Positions 10,170 to 20,393 of a stretch of 64,000 nucleotides of DNA are shown one piece after another. Under the pieces are notes generated by a model that worked only from the letters and a program-made list of their open reading frames with translations, searched no databases and had not been told where the DNA came from. Position 1 is the stretch's first letter; every line of letters starts with the position of its first letter. Position numbers and translations under genes: made by a program. This DNA comes from Promethearchaeati archaeon (GTDB taxonomy: Archaea > Asgardarchaeota > Heimdallarchaeia > JABLTI01): NCBI GenBank assembly GCA_013166835.1, contig JABLTI010000002.1:22911-86910 (forward strand), given 5' to 3'.

Positions 10170-10996
10170 TCGAGTTTATTGATGTTTCATTTAGTTATGA
10201 CAAAAAAGGAACTACCGTTCTAAACAATCTCACTTTCAAAATTGAAAAGGGTGAGTTTGTTGCTGTTGTTGGTAAAAATGGAGCTGGAAAAACTACCCTT
10301 CTAAAACACATTAATGGTCTATTAAGACCGACAATTGGTCAAGTCAAAATTGAAGATGAAGACATTGTCAAGAAGCCACTTTCTGAGATGGCTATGACAG
10401 TTGGTCTTGCTTTTCAAAATCCTGATCATCAATTATTTGCTGAAACAGTACTGAAAGAACTTGAATTTGGCCCTAAGAATCTGGGTTCAGATCCCGAGAA
10501 AATCGAAGAGAAAATACAAGAAATTGCAGAGCATTTCGGGATAACCCATTTACTCGAGAGAAATCCCCTTGAATTATCTGGTGGAGAAAGAAGACTTGTC
10601 TCTATTGCTTCAGTTTTGACAATGAATCAAAGTATATTAGTCTTAGATGAACCTACCTTTGGTCAGGATTATCGTCAGAAAAAGAGATTGGGAAATTTTC
10701 TTAAAAGCCTTTCAGAAAAAGGAATTACTATTATTGTTGTGTCACATGATCTCAATTTCATATTGGATTTTGCCCAGAGAATTATTGTTGTATCTAATGG
10801 TGAGGTCATTAAAGATGAAAGTACTTTCGATGTACTTAGTGATGAAACTCTTCTTGAGAAATCTGATTTAGCGCAACCTGTTTTGTTGAATTTAGCTACT
10901 AACCTAAGAAAGCGATTCGATGATTTCCCTCTGAGTTACAATTCTGAGGAGTTTGTTGAAAATCTAAAGCAAATTCTGCAAAAAGGAGAAAAGTGA
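10166..10996 (+). CDS. ecfA2: ECF transporter ATPase EcfA'
   Basis: GKNGAGKT, FQNPDHQLFA, LSGGE, LDEPTFGQD. Confidence 0.9.
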   Translation: MIEFIDVSFSYDKKGTTVLNNLTFKIEKGEFVAVVGKNGAGKTTLLKHINGLLRPTIGQVKIEDEDIVKKPLSEMAMTVGLAFQNPDHQLFAETVLKELEFGPKNLGSDPEKIEEKIQEIAEHFGITHLLERNPLELSGGERRLVSIASVLTMNQSILVLDEPTFGQDYRQKKRLGNFLKSLSEKGITIIVVSHDLNFILDFAQRIIVVSNGEVIKDESTFDVLSDETLLEKSDLAQPVLLNLATNLRKRFDDFPLSYNSEEFVENLKQILQKGEK

Positions 10997-11006
10997 GGGT
11001 AAAACG

Positions 11007-11849
11007 ATGAGTATGAAATTACTAGAGTATTTCAATTATGATTTACAGAAATCACTTCTACATCATCTGGATCCTCGAGGAAAGATGCTTTTCATTATCG
11101 TTGTAACCTGTTTTACAATTTTATTCCGAGAACTGGTTCCTTTACTTATTTTACTTGGTATTGTAATTCCTTTAGTGCTCATGGGTAATTTTATGAGAAA
11201 ATGGTTGAAGACTCTTCTACTTCTTCTCCCACTTTTGATAATCATCATACTAGTTGATGCTTTAGTTATAAATACAGAGTATCCAACTACTTTTGCCTTT
11301 GCCATTGCTTTGAGGTTAATAGTACTAACCGCTATTTTTGGATTATATTTCCAAACTGTTTCGCCTGATGACCTTTCCCAGATGCTGAGGAAATTTGGAT
11401 TACCATATGCTTTTGCATGGGCAGTCAGTACTGCTTACAGATTTATACCAACTTTAGCTAAGGAAACAGAAATTATCTTTGCTGCTCAGAAATCACGTGG
11501 TTTACAAATAGATAGAGGAAACATATTCAAAAGAGTCAGGAAAATGCTTCCCTTACTTATTCCTATTTTTGCTTCTGCAATGAGACGTTCTTGGCAATTA
11601 GCGGAAGCAATAGAATCTCGTGGTTGGAACGCAATTAAAAAGCGAACCTACTTGTATTCTTTGAAATTGAAGTGGTGGGATTATCTGTTAATCATATTCT
11701 CCCTTGCATTATTTGCTTTATTCCTCTTGCAAGCCATTAAACAATATCCCTATCCTGCTTGGGTTACCTGGCATATTCCTGCAAAGTATGAGCTTGAAAG
11801 ACTCTTAGGGATAGCTTGGAGCTGGTTTAAGGGTCTTTTTCAGAAGTGA
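11007..11849 (+). CDS. ecfT: ECF transporter transmembrane component EcfT
   Basis: LDPRGK, RFIPTL, AQKSRG and AIESRG (X-R-G motifs). Confidence 0.92.
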   Translation: MSMKLLEYFNYDLQKSLLHHLDPRGKMLFIIVVTCFTILFRELVPLLILLGIVIPLVLMGNFMRKWLKTLLLLLPLLIIIILVDALVINTEYPTTFAFAIALRLIVLTAIFGLYFQTVSPDDLSQMLRKFGLPYAFAWAVSTAYRFIPTLAKETEIIFAAQKSRGLQIDRGNIFKRVRKMLPLLIPIFASAMRRSWQLAEAIESRGWNAIKKRTYLYSLKLKWWDYLLIIFSLALFALFLLQAIKQYPYPAWVTWHIPAKYELERLLGIAWSWFKGLFQK

Positions 11850-11934
11850 ATCTTCCGGAGTAATTCTAAATAATCAAAACTACTAAATAACTTGAGTTTT
11901 CAATATTCTATGAATTAAAAAGGTGAATATTTAG

Positions 11935-12855
11935 TTGTCACAATTAACAGATGAAGAGCTTGAGAAGTATCGAGAAGCTGGGAAAATTGCGGTAGAAGTT
12001 ATGCGAAAAGCTAAGAAATTGGTTTCTAAAGGTAGAAAACTCCTCATTATCTGCGAAACTTTAGAAAAGGAAATAATTCGTTTGGGAGCCAAACCGGCTT
12101 TTCCTGTCAATATTTCTATAAATCAAATTGCAGCTCATTATACTTCTCCAATTGATGATGAATTAAAAATTCCTGAACGAGCTATTGTTAAAATTGATTT
12201 AGGAGCTCATATCGATGGTTATATCTCTGATCATGCTAAGACGTTTCTAGTTGGTGGTACAAAAACTTATCAGAAATTAAAGAAAACTGCTGAACTAGCA
12301 CTTCAAAATGCCGTTGATTTTGTTAAACCAGGTGTACGACCGAGTGATATAGGGGAGGTTATAGAGAATACCATAAGAAACGAAGATTTAATCCCAATAA
12401 CTGATCTTACGGGGCATGTTATCGAAAGGTGGAAGCTTCATACCGGCACTAGTATACCCAATTATAAACCAAAATTAGATATTTTTGGCTCAAAATTAAA
12501 ACAAGGTCAAGTTTTAGCTATTGAACCATTCGTAACAACATCAGAAGGAACTGAAAAAATCTATGATGAATCCTATAGTTTCATCTTTTCACAAATAGGA
12601 AAGAAGGCAAAATCAGAAGATGGGAAGATTTTGTTAAAAGAAATTGAACAATATAATAAATTGCCATTTGCTTTAAGGTGGTTAGAAGGGTTATTCCCTC
12701 AGACAAGACTTTTTGAAGCATTAAAGGAACTTATCTCATTCAAAACATTAAATCGATATCCTATGCTTGTAAGTAAAAGCCAAACTCCTGTAGCTCAAGC
12801 AGAGCATACTATTATTATTACCAAGAATGGGAACGAAGTTATAACAAAACTCTAA
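11935..12855 (+). CDS. map: Type II methionine aminopeptidase
   Basis: AFPVNIS..AAHYT, KIDLGAHIDGYISD, GH...LH, AIEPF, AQAEHT. Confidence 0.95.
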   Translation: MSQLTDEELEKYREAGKIAVEVMRKAKKLVSKGRKLLIICETLEKEIIRLGAKPAFPVNISINQIAAHYTSPIDDELKIPERAIVKIDLGAHIDGYISDHAKTFLVGGTKTYQKLKKTAELALQNAVDFVKPGVRPSDIGEVIENTIRNEDLIPITDLTGHVIERWKLHTGTSIPNYKPKLDIFGSKLKQGQVLAIEPFVTTSEGTEKIYDESYSFIFSQIGKKAKSEDGKILLKEIEQYNKLPFALRWLEGLFPQTRLFEALKELISFKTLNRYPMLVSKSQTPVAQAEHTIIITKNGNEVITKL

Positions 12856-12939
12856 ATGTTTTTCTTTTAGCTTGCTGTTGTACAAATAAAAACCTACAAA
12901 AGGAACATTGAACATGAATCTTTCAGAGGTTAGTTTATA

Positions 12940-13755
12940 ATGTCAAAAATGTTTCAAAGAAAAATTGTTTTACTTGGAGATCCAGGAGTTGGTAAGACAA
13001 GTTTAGTACAAAGATACATTTTTGATTCTTTTAAGAAAGACTATATGACTACACTTGGTCTAAATTTCTATGTAAGAACATTCGAGTATCCTGGAGCTAA
13101 AGTTAAGCTAATGATTTGGGACATAGCTGGTCAACAAAGCAGAAGAAAAATAGGTTTAAGATATTTACAAGGAGCTTCAGGAGCTATCCTTGCATATGAT
13201 TTAACCAAAGAAGAAACTTTTGATAATTTGCCTGGTTGGTATGATGATTTAAAGGAAGCAAATGGTAAAGATGTCCCGGTTATTGTTGTTGGCACTAAAT
13301 TAGATTTAGCAAAATCAAATCGTCTTCCATTAGCTTATAATGTTAAAAAGCTGGGTGATACACCTGCTGCCAAAGCTAATTTAATTTTCACAAGTGCGAA
13401 AACTGATACTAATGTAGATGCTGCTTTCAATTTAATCATCCAAGAAATTGTAAGTGGTTTAATACCAACACCAGATATTTCTCCAAAAATTCTAGAAGAA
13501 ATAGCTACAAAGATTTTATTTTTTGTTAAAAAAGGTGATGCTTGGTCTAAAGTGGCATTAAATCATATTGAGAAAGTTGGCAAGAAATACGCTTTAGAAG
13601 TCGAAACGATAGATGCTGAAAAGGATCCTAATATTGCTGAAGCATATGGGATAACTGCATTGCCCACCATTCTTGTTGCTGGACGTCAGTTGGTTGGTAT
13701 AATACAAATTGCTCATCTCGAGAGTATTATGCACCAAATTATCGAAAACAAGTGA
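12940..13755 (+). CDS. Rab-like small GTPase fused to a C-terminal thioredoxin-like domain
   Basis: GDPGVGKTS, TTLG, IWDIAGQ, GTKLD, TSAK; the C-terminal ~85 aa match a Trx fold (IDAEKDPNIAEAYGITALPT) without CxxC. Confidence 0.85.
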   Translation: MSKMFQRKIVLLGDPGVGKTSLVQRYIFDSFKKDYMTTLGLNFYVRTFEYPGAKVKLMIWDIAGQQSRRKIGLRYLQGASGAILAYDLTKEETFDNLPGWYDDLKEANGKDVPVIVVGTKLDLAKSNRLPLAYNVKKLGDTPAAKANLIFTSAKTDTNVDAAFNLIIQEIVSGLIPTPDISPKILEEIATKILFFVKKGDAWSKVALNHIEKVGKKYALEVETIDAEKDPNIAEAYGITALPTILVAGRQLVGIIQIAHLESIMHQIIENK

Positions 13756-13757
13756 GA

Positions 13758-14564
13758 TTATTTGTATTTTTTCTGTATTTTCCCATCGGGACTGTACCCT
13801 TCTCTCATTCTATGACCAGCAATATATTGAAAAATTTTCCCTTGACAAGTTGTAAGTTTTTGTTGGATTTCAAATTCATTTGTGAAATTAATAAATTCAT
13901 CAATTCTTGTTGCCAAATCCTCTAATTCATTTCTTGACAAACGGTTTCCTGCACTAGTAATGCATTGTACAAGTCCATCTGAAACCTGAGTAAGTATTTC
14001 CTTCCCTGGAAAGAATGTAACTAGTCCAATGATTTCCCATAAAATGTTGTAGGTGATATCCTTGTTTTCTTTTTCAGAGAAATATTCGGCAACTTGTGAT
14101 AAAGCCATAGCATAATTAAACTGAACGAAAGGATTGGTTTGATGTTTTCTCGCAAAATTACCAAGTTTAGTTAGTGTTCTATGAACATTTTTGTCCATTT
14201 CATTCATAATATAATGATAAATTAAAGCCCCTAATGCTTCACCGTAAAATTCTTGCAAATCCTCTGATTGTGACTGTGATTTTAGAATTGCTTCAATTTT
14301 AGCAATCATCTGTTCACAATCTCTGAATTTCTTTGCAACTCCAAATGGTTCCAAAGCATGTCTATAAGCTTCTGCTAATAACAACTGAATTTCAGCATCC
14401 CCTCTATGATGCTTCACTTCTTTTTCAAAATCGCTGAGAGTTTGCACGACTGATCTGAGATTGCCAGTTTTTCCGTTCGAAATGATTACATTAATCAAAG
14501 CTTTGAGGTTACTCGTTGAAGGCTTTGGCGACATTGTTCTCCAATCTCCGAATCTGCTTTTCAT
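13758..14564 (-). CDS. Hypothetical all-helical (alpha-solenoid-like) protein
   Basis: Repeated helical units of about 40 aa (EIQLLLAEAY, DLQEFYGEAL, FVQFNYAMAL, EILTQVSDGL). Confidence 0.6.
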   Translation of the reverse strand: MKSRFGDWRTMSPKPSTSNLKALINVIISNGKTGNLRSVVQTLSDFEKEVKHHRGDAEIQLLLAEAYRHALEPFGVAKKFRDCEQMIAKIEAILKSQSQSEDLQEFYGEALGALIYHYIMNEMDKNVHRTLTKLGNFARKHQTNPFVQFNYAMALSQVAEYFSEKENKDITYNILWEIIGLVTFFPGKEILTQVSDGLVQCITSAGNRLSRNELEDLATRIDEFINFTNEFEIQQKLTTCQGKIFQYIAGHRMREGYSPDGKIQKKYK

Positions 14565-14677
14565 ATTTTTTAATTAATCCATCTATTCATAATTAACTAA
14601 TTAGTGTTAATAAAGATAGAGGTGATTCAAATAGGACCTTGTGCTATATATTCTGGATATGTCTCTTAAATAATTAA

Positions 14678-15238
14678 TTATTTAGGTATAGTTGTGTCTT
14701 GTTTTGGGCCGTTCAGCTTCTTTTCGATTGTAGTGTCTATGATAACATTAGCAATTGCTTGAAAAACATCATCCACACCATCACCTGTAGCTGAAGAGGT
14801 TTCAAGATATGTCTCGAAGTTATATTTTTCGTTGAGTTCTTCAAAGGAATCCAATTCAAAGGTTATACCTTGTGCCAAATCCTTTTTTCCGCCTACTAAA
14901 ATTAGTTTAGTATTACTAGAATTTAAAGCTAGATCAGCCCATTCAGGAATACTATTCAAAGTATTTAGTCTTGTCAAATCAAACATAATTACCGTAACAG
15001 TAGCACCTTTGAAGTACTTGTCAAAGATTCCCATCTGTTTGAATTGCTCTTGTCCTCCCAAATCCCATATTTGAACTAAAACAGAATGCTCCCCTGATTG
15101 TATTTCATGAGTGTGAAATGCAGCACCTATAGTTAGCTTTGTAGAATCGATAAAACTATTAGTAATATAGCGATGGATTAATGTTGTTTTGCCAACTCCA
15201 CCATCTCCTGCTAAAACTACCTTTGCTAATAGTCTCAC
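14678..15238 (-). CDS. Rab-like small GTPase
   Basis: GDGGVGKTT, TIG, IWDLGGQEQF, GGKKD, ETSSATG. Confidence 0.92.
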   Translation of the reverse strand: MRLLAKVVLAGDGGVGKTTLIHRYITNSFIDSTKLTIGAAFHTHEIQSGEHSVLVQIWDLGGQEQFKQMGIFDKYFKGATVTVIMFDLTRLNTLNSIPEWADLALNSSNTKLILVGGKKDLAQGITFELDSFEELNEKYNFETYLETSSATGDGVDDVFQAIANVIIDTTIEKKLNGPKQDTTIPK

Positions 15239-15418
15239 TGCTTTCCACCTATTAATATTTCAGACTGTCATTTTTGACCTTTAGTCATCTCTTTGCTTCG
15301 TAAGTTTATTCTTCTAATAAAAAAACTTGTTGATTTTAGCAAAACAGATGAAAATTCATTAAAAATTTACTTTTTTTTATATTACGGGTGTTTTAATAGA
15401 GATTTACTATAATTCTCT

Positions 15419-15646
15419 TTGATAACAATGTCTAAGCACCAAGAAGCAAAGAAAATTCAAGAGCCCTTACTTGAGAACTCAGCTGAAATTAATGATCTTA
15501 TAAATTCACCAGATTTTATTGAATTTGTACGAACAATAAGTGATACTATTGATGACGATACAACATTTAATGAAATGTTTTCTTCTCGTATTATTCTACA
15601 AAAAGCATTAGCTATTTTGAAGAAGCTAAAAAAAGAATCTAAGTAA
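15419..15646 (+). CDS. Small hypothetical protein
   Basis: Non-overlapping 75-aa ORF co-oriented with the downstream genes. Confidence 0.5.
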   Translation: MITMSKHQEAKKIQEPLLENSAEINDLINSPDFIEFVRTISDTIDDDTTFNEMFSSRIILQKALAILKKLKKESK

Positions 15647-15693
15647 GAATGATCTGAAAAAATTTTATTCTACAAATTTCTTGGTGTATAATT

Positions 15694-16815
15694 ATGACAT
15701 TTGATTCCTTACAAAAAACACTGCCACAGAGCAAAGAAACAATCGACCAAAGCTTTTTTGTTAAGAAGTGTTTAACAAATAGTGGACTTGAATTGAGTAC
15801 AAATGAATTGGAATCCGAAATCGTTCGTTGCGAACAATGTAATTTTCCATTGAGATCTGGGATTACTACAGAAGATAGTTCAGAAGAAGATCATGAGGAA
15901 CTATCTAATTTATCAGATAGACTAACGAGAAAGGGAACATACGAAGTTTGTAAGATTTGTTGGCGAGAAAGAATCTTCAATTATGTTTTAATTGGAAGTT
16001 ATGTTGTTTTTGGGCTTTTGTTCATTGTTTGTATAATCGGGGTAGTATATGATAAACTCTCAATAAATATTTGTCTAATTATAGGTTGCCTTGAAATAAT
16101 TTTCCTATTATTTTTCGGTCGATTTTTAGAAGATGCTGTTTTCTTTGGTTTGACAAAACGAGAGAAACTTCTTGCTGCATTGTATCGATATTCATTAACT
16201 GCGGAAATGCAAGCATTTGATATTGTGTTAAAGTATTTTGGAAAAAACATAAGTGTTGATTCTGAATTAATTCGCGGATTATTACAAGTAACTATTTTTC
16301 AACCAACAAATTTACCTACAAATTGGTTTGTCGATATTAGTCACAGAATAGACTCTAATCCAAAAGAATTCATAAAATTACTTGTTGCAGAGATTGATGA
16401 ACCAAATGAAGAAAAATATATTCGTGAAGTAATTGATCAAGCACCACCCTCAGGAATTTCTCTTTTAGTTGAACTTTTTCTGATTACAGAAAATAAATAT
16501 GGTATAAAATTATTACAGGAGCGAATTACAAAGGAACTCTCCAATGATTCTATTGATAATAAATTTTTGAATGAATTCTATATCTATAAACAAAAGTATC
16601 AGAAAGCATTACTAAATATCGAAAAACAAGACACTTACTCACAAATAGAAGAGAGTTTAACAGACTTTCATGAACCCAAAGTCCCAACAATAGATGTTAT
16701 TGAAAGCAGTAGAAATATCATTCAAAGAAATCCCTTTCTACGCTATATCTTTAGGATTTTTCTTTACATATTTTTAGCCTTCATTTTAGGCTTATTGTAT
16801 CAGTTATTTGATTAG
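15694..16815 (+). CDS. Membrane protein with N-terminal zinc finger, two TM helices, helical domain and C-terminal TM
   Basis: CEQC...CKIC pairs; hydrophobic segments at about aa 95-140 and at the C-terminus. Confidence 0.65.
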   Translation: MTFDSLQKTLPQSKETIDQSFFVKKCLTNSGLELSTNELESEIVRCEQCNFPLRSGITTEDSSEEDHEELSNLSDRLTRKGTYEVCKICWRERIFNYVLIGSYVVFGLLFIVCIIGVVYDKLSINICLIIGCLEIIFLLFFGRFLEDAVFFGLTKREKLLAALYRYSLTAEMQAFDIVLKYFGKNISVDSELIRGLLQVTIFQPTNLPTNWFVDISHRIDSNPKEFIKLLVAEIDEPNEEKYIREVIDQAPPSGISLLVELFLITENKYGIKLLQERITKELSNDSIDNKFLNEFYIYKQKYQKALLNIEKQDTYSQIEESLTDFHEPKVPTIDVIESSRNIIQRNPFLRYIFRIFLYIFLAFILGLLYQLFD

Positions 16816-18424
16816 TGAGGAAAAACTCTATAATCTGAATTTTCTAATTCTTTTGTTGATAATAATGACAATTGAAATTGATCTTGTTGTGAAAAATGCC
16901 TTTATTGTGACTATGAATAAAAAACAACCTCAAGCTGAAGCATTAGCAGTAAATGAGGGAAAAATTATTGCTGTTGGTAATAATTCTGAAATTTTAAAGG
17001 AATTTTCAAAAGCGAAAAAAATTCTTGATTTAAAAGGAAAGTTTCTGTGTCCAGGTTTTAATGATACTCATACTCATTTACTTAGTATGGCTTCAAAAAC
17101 CAAGGATGTATTATTAGATAAAGTGAAATCTCCAAAAGAAGCTCTCGAAAAAATCGAAGAAAGAGTGAAAATAACACCAAAAGGTAAGTGGGTCTTCGGA
17201 GATAGATGGGATGAAAGCAATTGGGAAGATAAGCGTTATTTAACTATGGCAGAATTAGATGAAATTGCTCCCAATAATCCTTTGTATATCAGACGAGTTT
17301 GTGGACATATGGCTGTTGCAAACAGTCTTGGTCTCAAAGAACTAGAAATCTCTTGGGATGAACCTGATTTGGAGATTGATCAAGAAACAAAGAAACCTAC
17401 AGGAGTTATCGCATCACCTCTTAGTCATCGTGTTGCTGATAATCCTAAATTAAAGAAGACACAGGAAGATTTGGATGAAGCAATTCCTATAGCTAATGAA
17501 TTAGCAAATTCCTTGGGTATTACCTCAATAACTGATAATTTGCCTGTTATGTGTGTGAGATCCTATATCTCTGCTCATAATAAAAATCAACTCACAGTTA
17601 GAGTAAATATGAATATCCCTCGAGATTCTTTTGATCACTATCTTGAAGCTGGTTTAAAGTCTGGTTTTGGTGATGAAATTCTAAAACTAGGCGGAGTAAA
17701 AATATTCACAGATGGCTCACTAGGAGCAAGAACTGCCAAACTTTACGAACCATATTTTGATGACTCTTCAACATCAGGTGATTTCTATATAGAGAAGGAA
17801 GTCTTGTTTGAAACTTATCAAAAAGCAGTTGACAATAATTGGCAACTAGTTACTCATGCAATTGGAGATGAAGCCATTGATATGGTTCTTGATGCATTTG
17901 AGAGAATCAACAAACCAGAAATAATATCCTTAGGAAGACATCGCATTGAACATGCAGAATATTTGTTAGATGAAAAATTAGCGAGAGCAAACAAGCTAGG
18001 GCTCGTTTTATCTATGCAACCAAACTTCCCAGGAAGATGGGGTAAACCCGGTCAGCTATATGAAATCAGATTGGGCTCAGAAAAGTATAAACTGTTAAAC
18101 AATTTCCGGAAAATCATTGATTCGAAAGCTAGGCTTTCTTTTGGTTCTGATAATATGCCTTTAAGTCCACTTTTTGGGATATGGTCTGTGGTTACCCATC
18201 CGATTGATGACATAAAGATCACTGTTGAAGAAGCAATTTACCATTATACTTTGGATGCAGCATATTCCAGTTTTGAAGAAAATATCAAAGGTTCTTTAGA
18301 AGTAGGGAAACTAGCTGATTTTGTTGTTTTAGAGAAGAATCTCTATCAAATAGAACCTGATGTAATAAAAGATGTTCAGGTTCTTATGACCTTTTTAGGT
18401 GGAGAATTAGTCTACGAACAGTAA
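16808..18424 (+). CDS. Amidohydrolase family 3 (YtcJ-like)
   Basis: PGFNDTHTH, KIFTDGSLGARTA, HAIGD, RHRIEHAE, GSD, GKLADFVVL; true start probably the MTIEID ATG. Confidence 0.92.
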   Translation: MISEEKLYNLNFLILLLIIMTIEIDLVVKNAFIVTMNKKQPQAEALAVNEGKIIAVGNNSEILKEFSKAKKILDLKGKFLCPGFNDTHTHLLSMASKTKDVLLDKVKSPKEALEKIEERVKITPKGKWVFGDRWDESNWEDKRYLTMAELDEIAPNNPLYIRRVCGHMAVANSLGLKELEISWDEPDLEIDQETKKPTGVIASPLSHRVADNPKLKKTQEDLDEAIPIANELANSLGITSITDNLPVMCVRSYISAHNKNQLTVRVNMNIPRDSFDHYLEAGLKSGFGDEILKLGGVKIFTDGSLGARTAKLYEPYFDDSSTSGDFYIEKEVLFETYQKAVDNNWQLVTHAIGDEAIDMVLDAFERINKPEIISLGRHRIEHAEYLLDEKLARANKLGLVLSMQPNFPGRWGKPGQLYEIRLGSEKYKLLNNFRKIIDSKARLSFGSDNMPLSPLFGIWSVVTHPIDDIKITVEEAIYHYTLDAAYSSFEENIKGSLEVGKLADFVVLEKNLYQIEPDVIKDVQVLMTFLGGELVYEQ

Positions 18425-18445
18425 TCTAAAATAAATTACTTGGTA

Positions 18446-19048
18446 TTAACTTGTAGAAGATTTATCTTTAACCGGTAATTCTTCTTCAATTTCTTCTATA
18501 TCTTGCACTGTTTCCGTAGTTATCATACCTGCAATTTGTTTTGCTATGTAATGAGCAATGATTCCTCCAATATTCCCAGTGAGTAATGCAATCAATGATA
18601 TGAATAGCGTTAATCTCCATTCTAATCTAAAAATCAAAATGAGCACCGAAAGTGAACCTACGAAATTAGCAATAGCTCCTTCTACTAATGAACATATGAC
18701 TGTATTATTTTTTGATCGAAAAAGTAAATCAACAAAATCAACTGCTAAGCCGGGGAGAGAATAGGTAATTATTGTGAAAATACCATGTGAACCGAAAGGT
18801 AAAATCATTACAACTAACGCTTGAGTTAATCCAAAAAGAAACCCGGACCCTGTCTTTGGAGCAAGTCTTTTTGTGAGGACTAACCAAAGCATGTAAAATC
18901 CTCCAACTATTGCTCCACCAGGAATACCTAATGGAACACTAATTAAGGATACTAATGGTCGTACGATTTGTTTTGTACCTAGACCTATGGCTGCCATTAT
19001 TGCAATTATTATTAGATCAGAGGTACTGTATCTTTTCATATTTTCCAA
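18446..19048 (-). CDS. ECF transporter S component (YkoE-like)
   Basis: About 6 TM helices; 'YSTSDLIIIAIMAAIG' start, K.GSG.L.G..Q and PGL.VD patterns of YkoE-type S components. Confidence 0.8.
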   Translation of the reverse strand: MENMKRYSTSDLIIIAIMAAIGLGTKQIVRPLVSLISVPLGIPGGAIVGGFYMLWLVLTKRLAPKTGSGFLFGLTQALVVMILPFGSHGIFTIITYSLPGLAVDFVDLLFRSKNNTVICSLVEGAIANFVGSLSVLILIFRLEWRLTLFISLIALLTGNIGGIIAHYIAKQIAGMITTETVQDIEEIEEELPVKDKSSTS

Positions 19049-19075
19049 ACCAACTTGTTTTGTTTCTAATCTTTG

Positions 19076-19603
19076 CTACTGTTCACCTACTATTATCTCA
19101 AGAACTACGACAAACTTCACGCAGAATTGCCCATTGTATTCCCCTGGAAATTTTTGTGGAATTACTAGTCTAAGAGGTCCTTCACCATCAAGCGATTTTC
19201 CATCCATATACTCTCCATTTTTCTTGTAGGCAATGATAATATCACGAGTTTGATTAATATCGTCAAAACTTAGAGTATACGCAAAATTATCACTAGCAAT
19301 CACTCTTACGGTTATATTTTCAGTATAGTTAGCAACTTGAGTCACAAGGTAAAAAACAGAAACGCCTGTATAATTTGCTGAAAATGACTCACTACCTTGT
19401 AAATAGTATTCTTGAGAGATATTTGGAAAACTCTCTAATTGGGTGATGTTCAGCTTGATATCCTCTGTTGGTAGCCCAGTTATCGTTAGGAATCCATCAT
19501 CTCCACTACTTGAAGGGAGCCAAACTGTAAAATATAAGGTAACAATCGTAGTGACTAGAACAACATTGATTCCTATAATTATTGCTAATGTTTTCCTATT
19601 CAT
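19076..19603 (-). CDS. Membrane-anchored sulfite-oxidase-fold (molybdopterin-binding domain) protein lacking the catalytic Cys
   Basis: N-terminal TM; QLESFP, YTGVSV..L, ASDNF, IIAYKKNGE, GPLRLVIP and CVKFV motifs of the Oxidored_molyb fold. Confidence 0.8.
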   Translation of the reverse strand: MNRKTLAIIIGINVVLVTTIVTLYFTVWLPSSSGDDGFLTITGLPTEDIKLNITQLESFPNISQEYYLQGSESFSANYTGVSVFYLVTQVANYTENITVRVIASDNFAYTLSFDDINQTRDIIIAYKKNGEYMDGKSLDGEGPLRLVIPQKFPGEYNGQFCVKFVVVLEIIVGEQ

Positions 19604-20381
19604 TATTTTTCACTTTCTTTGGTTCATACGAAATTTGGATTTCAACACTTGAGAGTTCTTCTTCTTCAACTTTTAAAGAGGTAAGAATGCCAGAAACCAC
19701 ATTTTTGATGAGATCTTGAATAAAAGGTTTGCAGGGAACATTCTTATCATTTGCTTTGAGAATTACAAAGGAATCTTCAATCCCTAAAACTACACAATCT
19801 TCCATATTTTTCTTCCCATGAATAACTTCTTTCATTAACTCTTGGCATGTGCTATATCCACAGTGTTCACAATCTAATTCAGGAAAAAGCGGCAACGCCT
19901 TTTCTTTCACTGTATCTGCTAATTTAGCATACTGAATAAATAAGTCATGTTTGCTTTTTATAGAAAACTCCGGAATGGAGGATAAAGCAACAGTATAATC
20001 ACCTATGAATTCCTCTTCTTGCCCTGCTTCTTTTAACATAGTAATTTGTGGTATTCCCTCTAAATTCTCCTTAAAACCCTCGAGAAGAACAATATCTAAA
20101 TCTTTACTGATAATTTTTAGAGCTTCTCTCAATGAATGCTTTTCATTTCTGAAAATTACTGTTTCAATCCCTGATTTAAATAAAGTCAATTTAGGTGAAC
20201 TTTGTCTATGTCTAATAACATCATAATGCTCTTGATCAACATCAATAGAAACATCTCTAAAAGCAACTTTAACTGTACCAATTCGAAGATTCTTCTTCTG
20301 TAGAATTGGTACCAATGCTTCTATTGTTGTAGTTTTCCCCGATTTTTTCGGGCCAGTTATTCCAATAAATCTTGTTAACAT
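19596..20381 (-). CDS. mobB: Molybdopterin-guanine dinucleotide biosynthesis protein MobB with Fe-S-binding domain
   Basis: P-loop GPKKSGKTT, GTVK, DIVLLEGFK, LDCEHCGYSTC...C, C-terminal PFIQDLIKNVV.G. Confidence 0.85.
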   Translation of the reverse strand: MLTRFIGITGPKKSGKTTTIEALVPILQKKNLRIGTVKVAFRDVSIDVDQEHYDVIRHRQSSPKLTLFKSGIETVIFRNEKHSLREALKIISKDLDIVLLEGFKENLEGIPQITMLKEAGQEEEFIGDYTVALSSIPEFSIKSKHDLFIQYAKLADTVKEKALPLFPELDCEHCGYSTCQELMKEVIHGKKNMEDCVVLGIEDSFVILKANDKNVPCKPFIQDLIKNVVSGILTSLKVEEEELSSVEIQISYEPKKVKNNE

Positions 20382-20393
20382 TATTATTCACTC

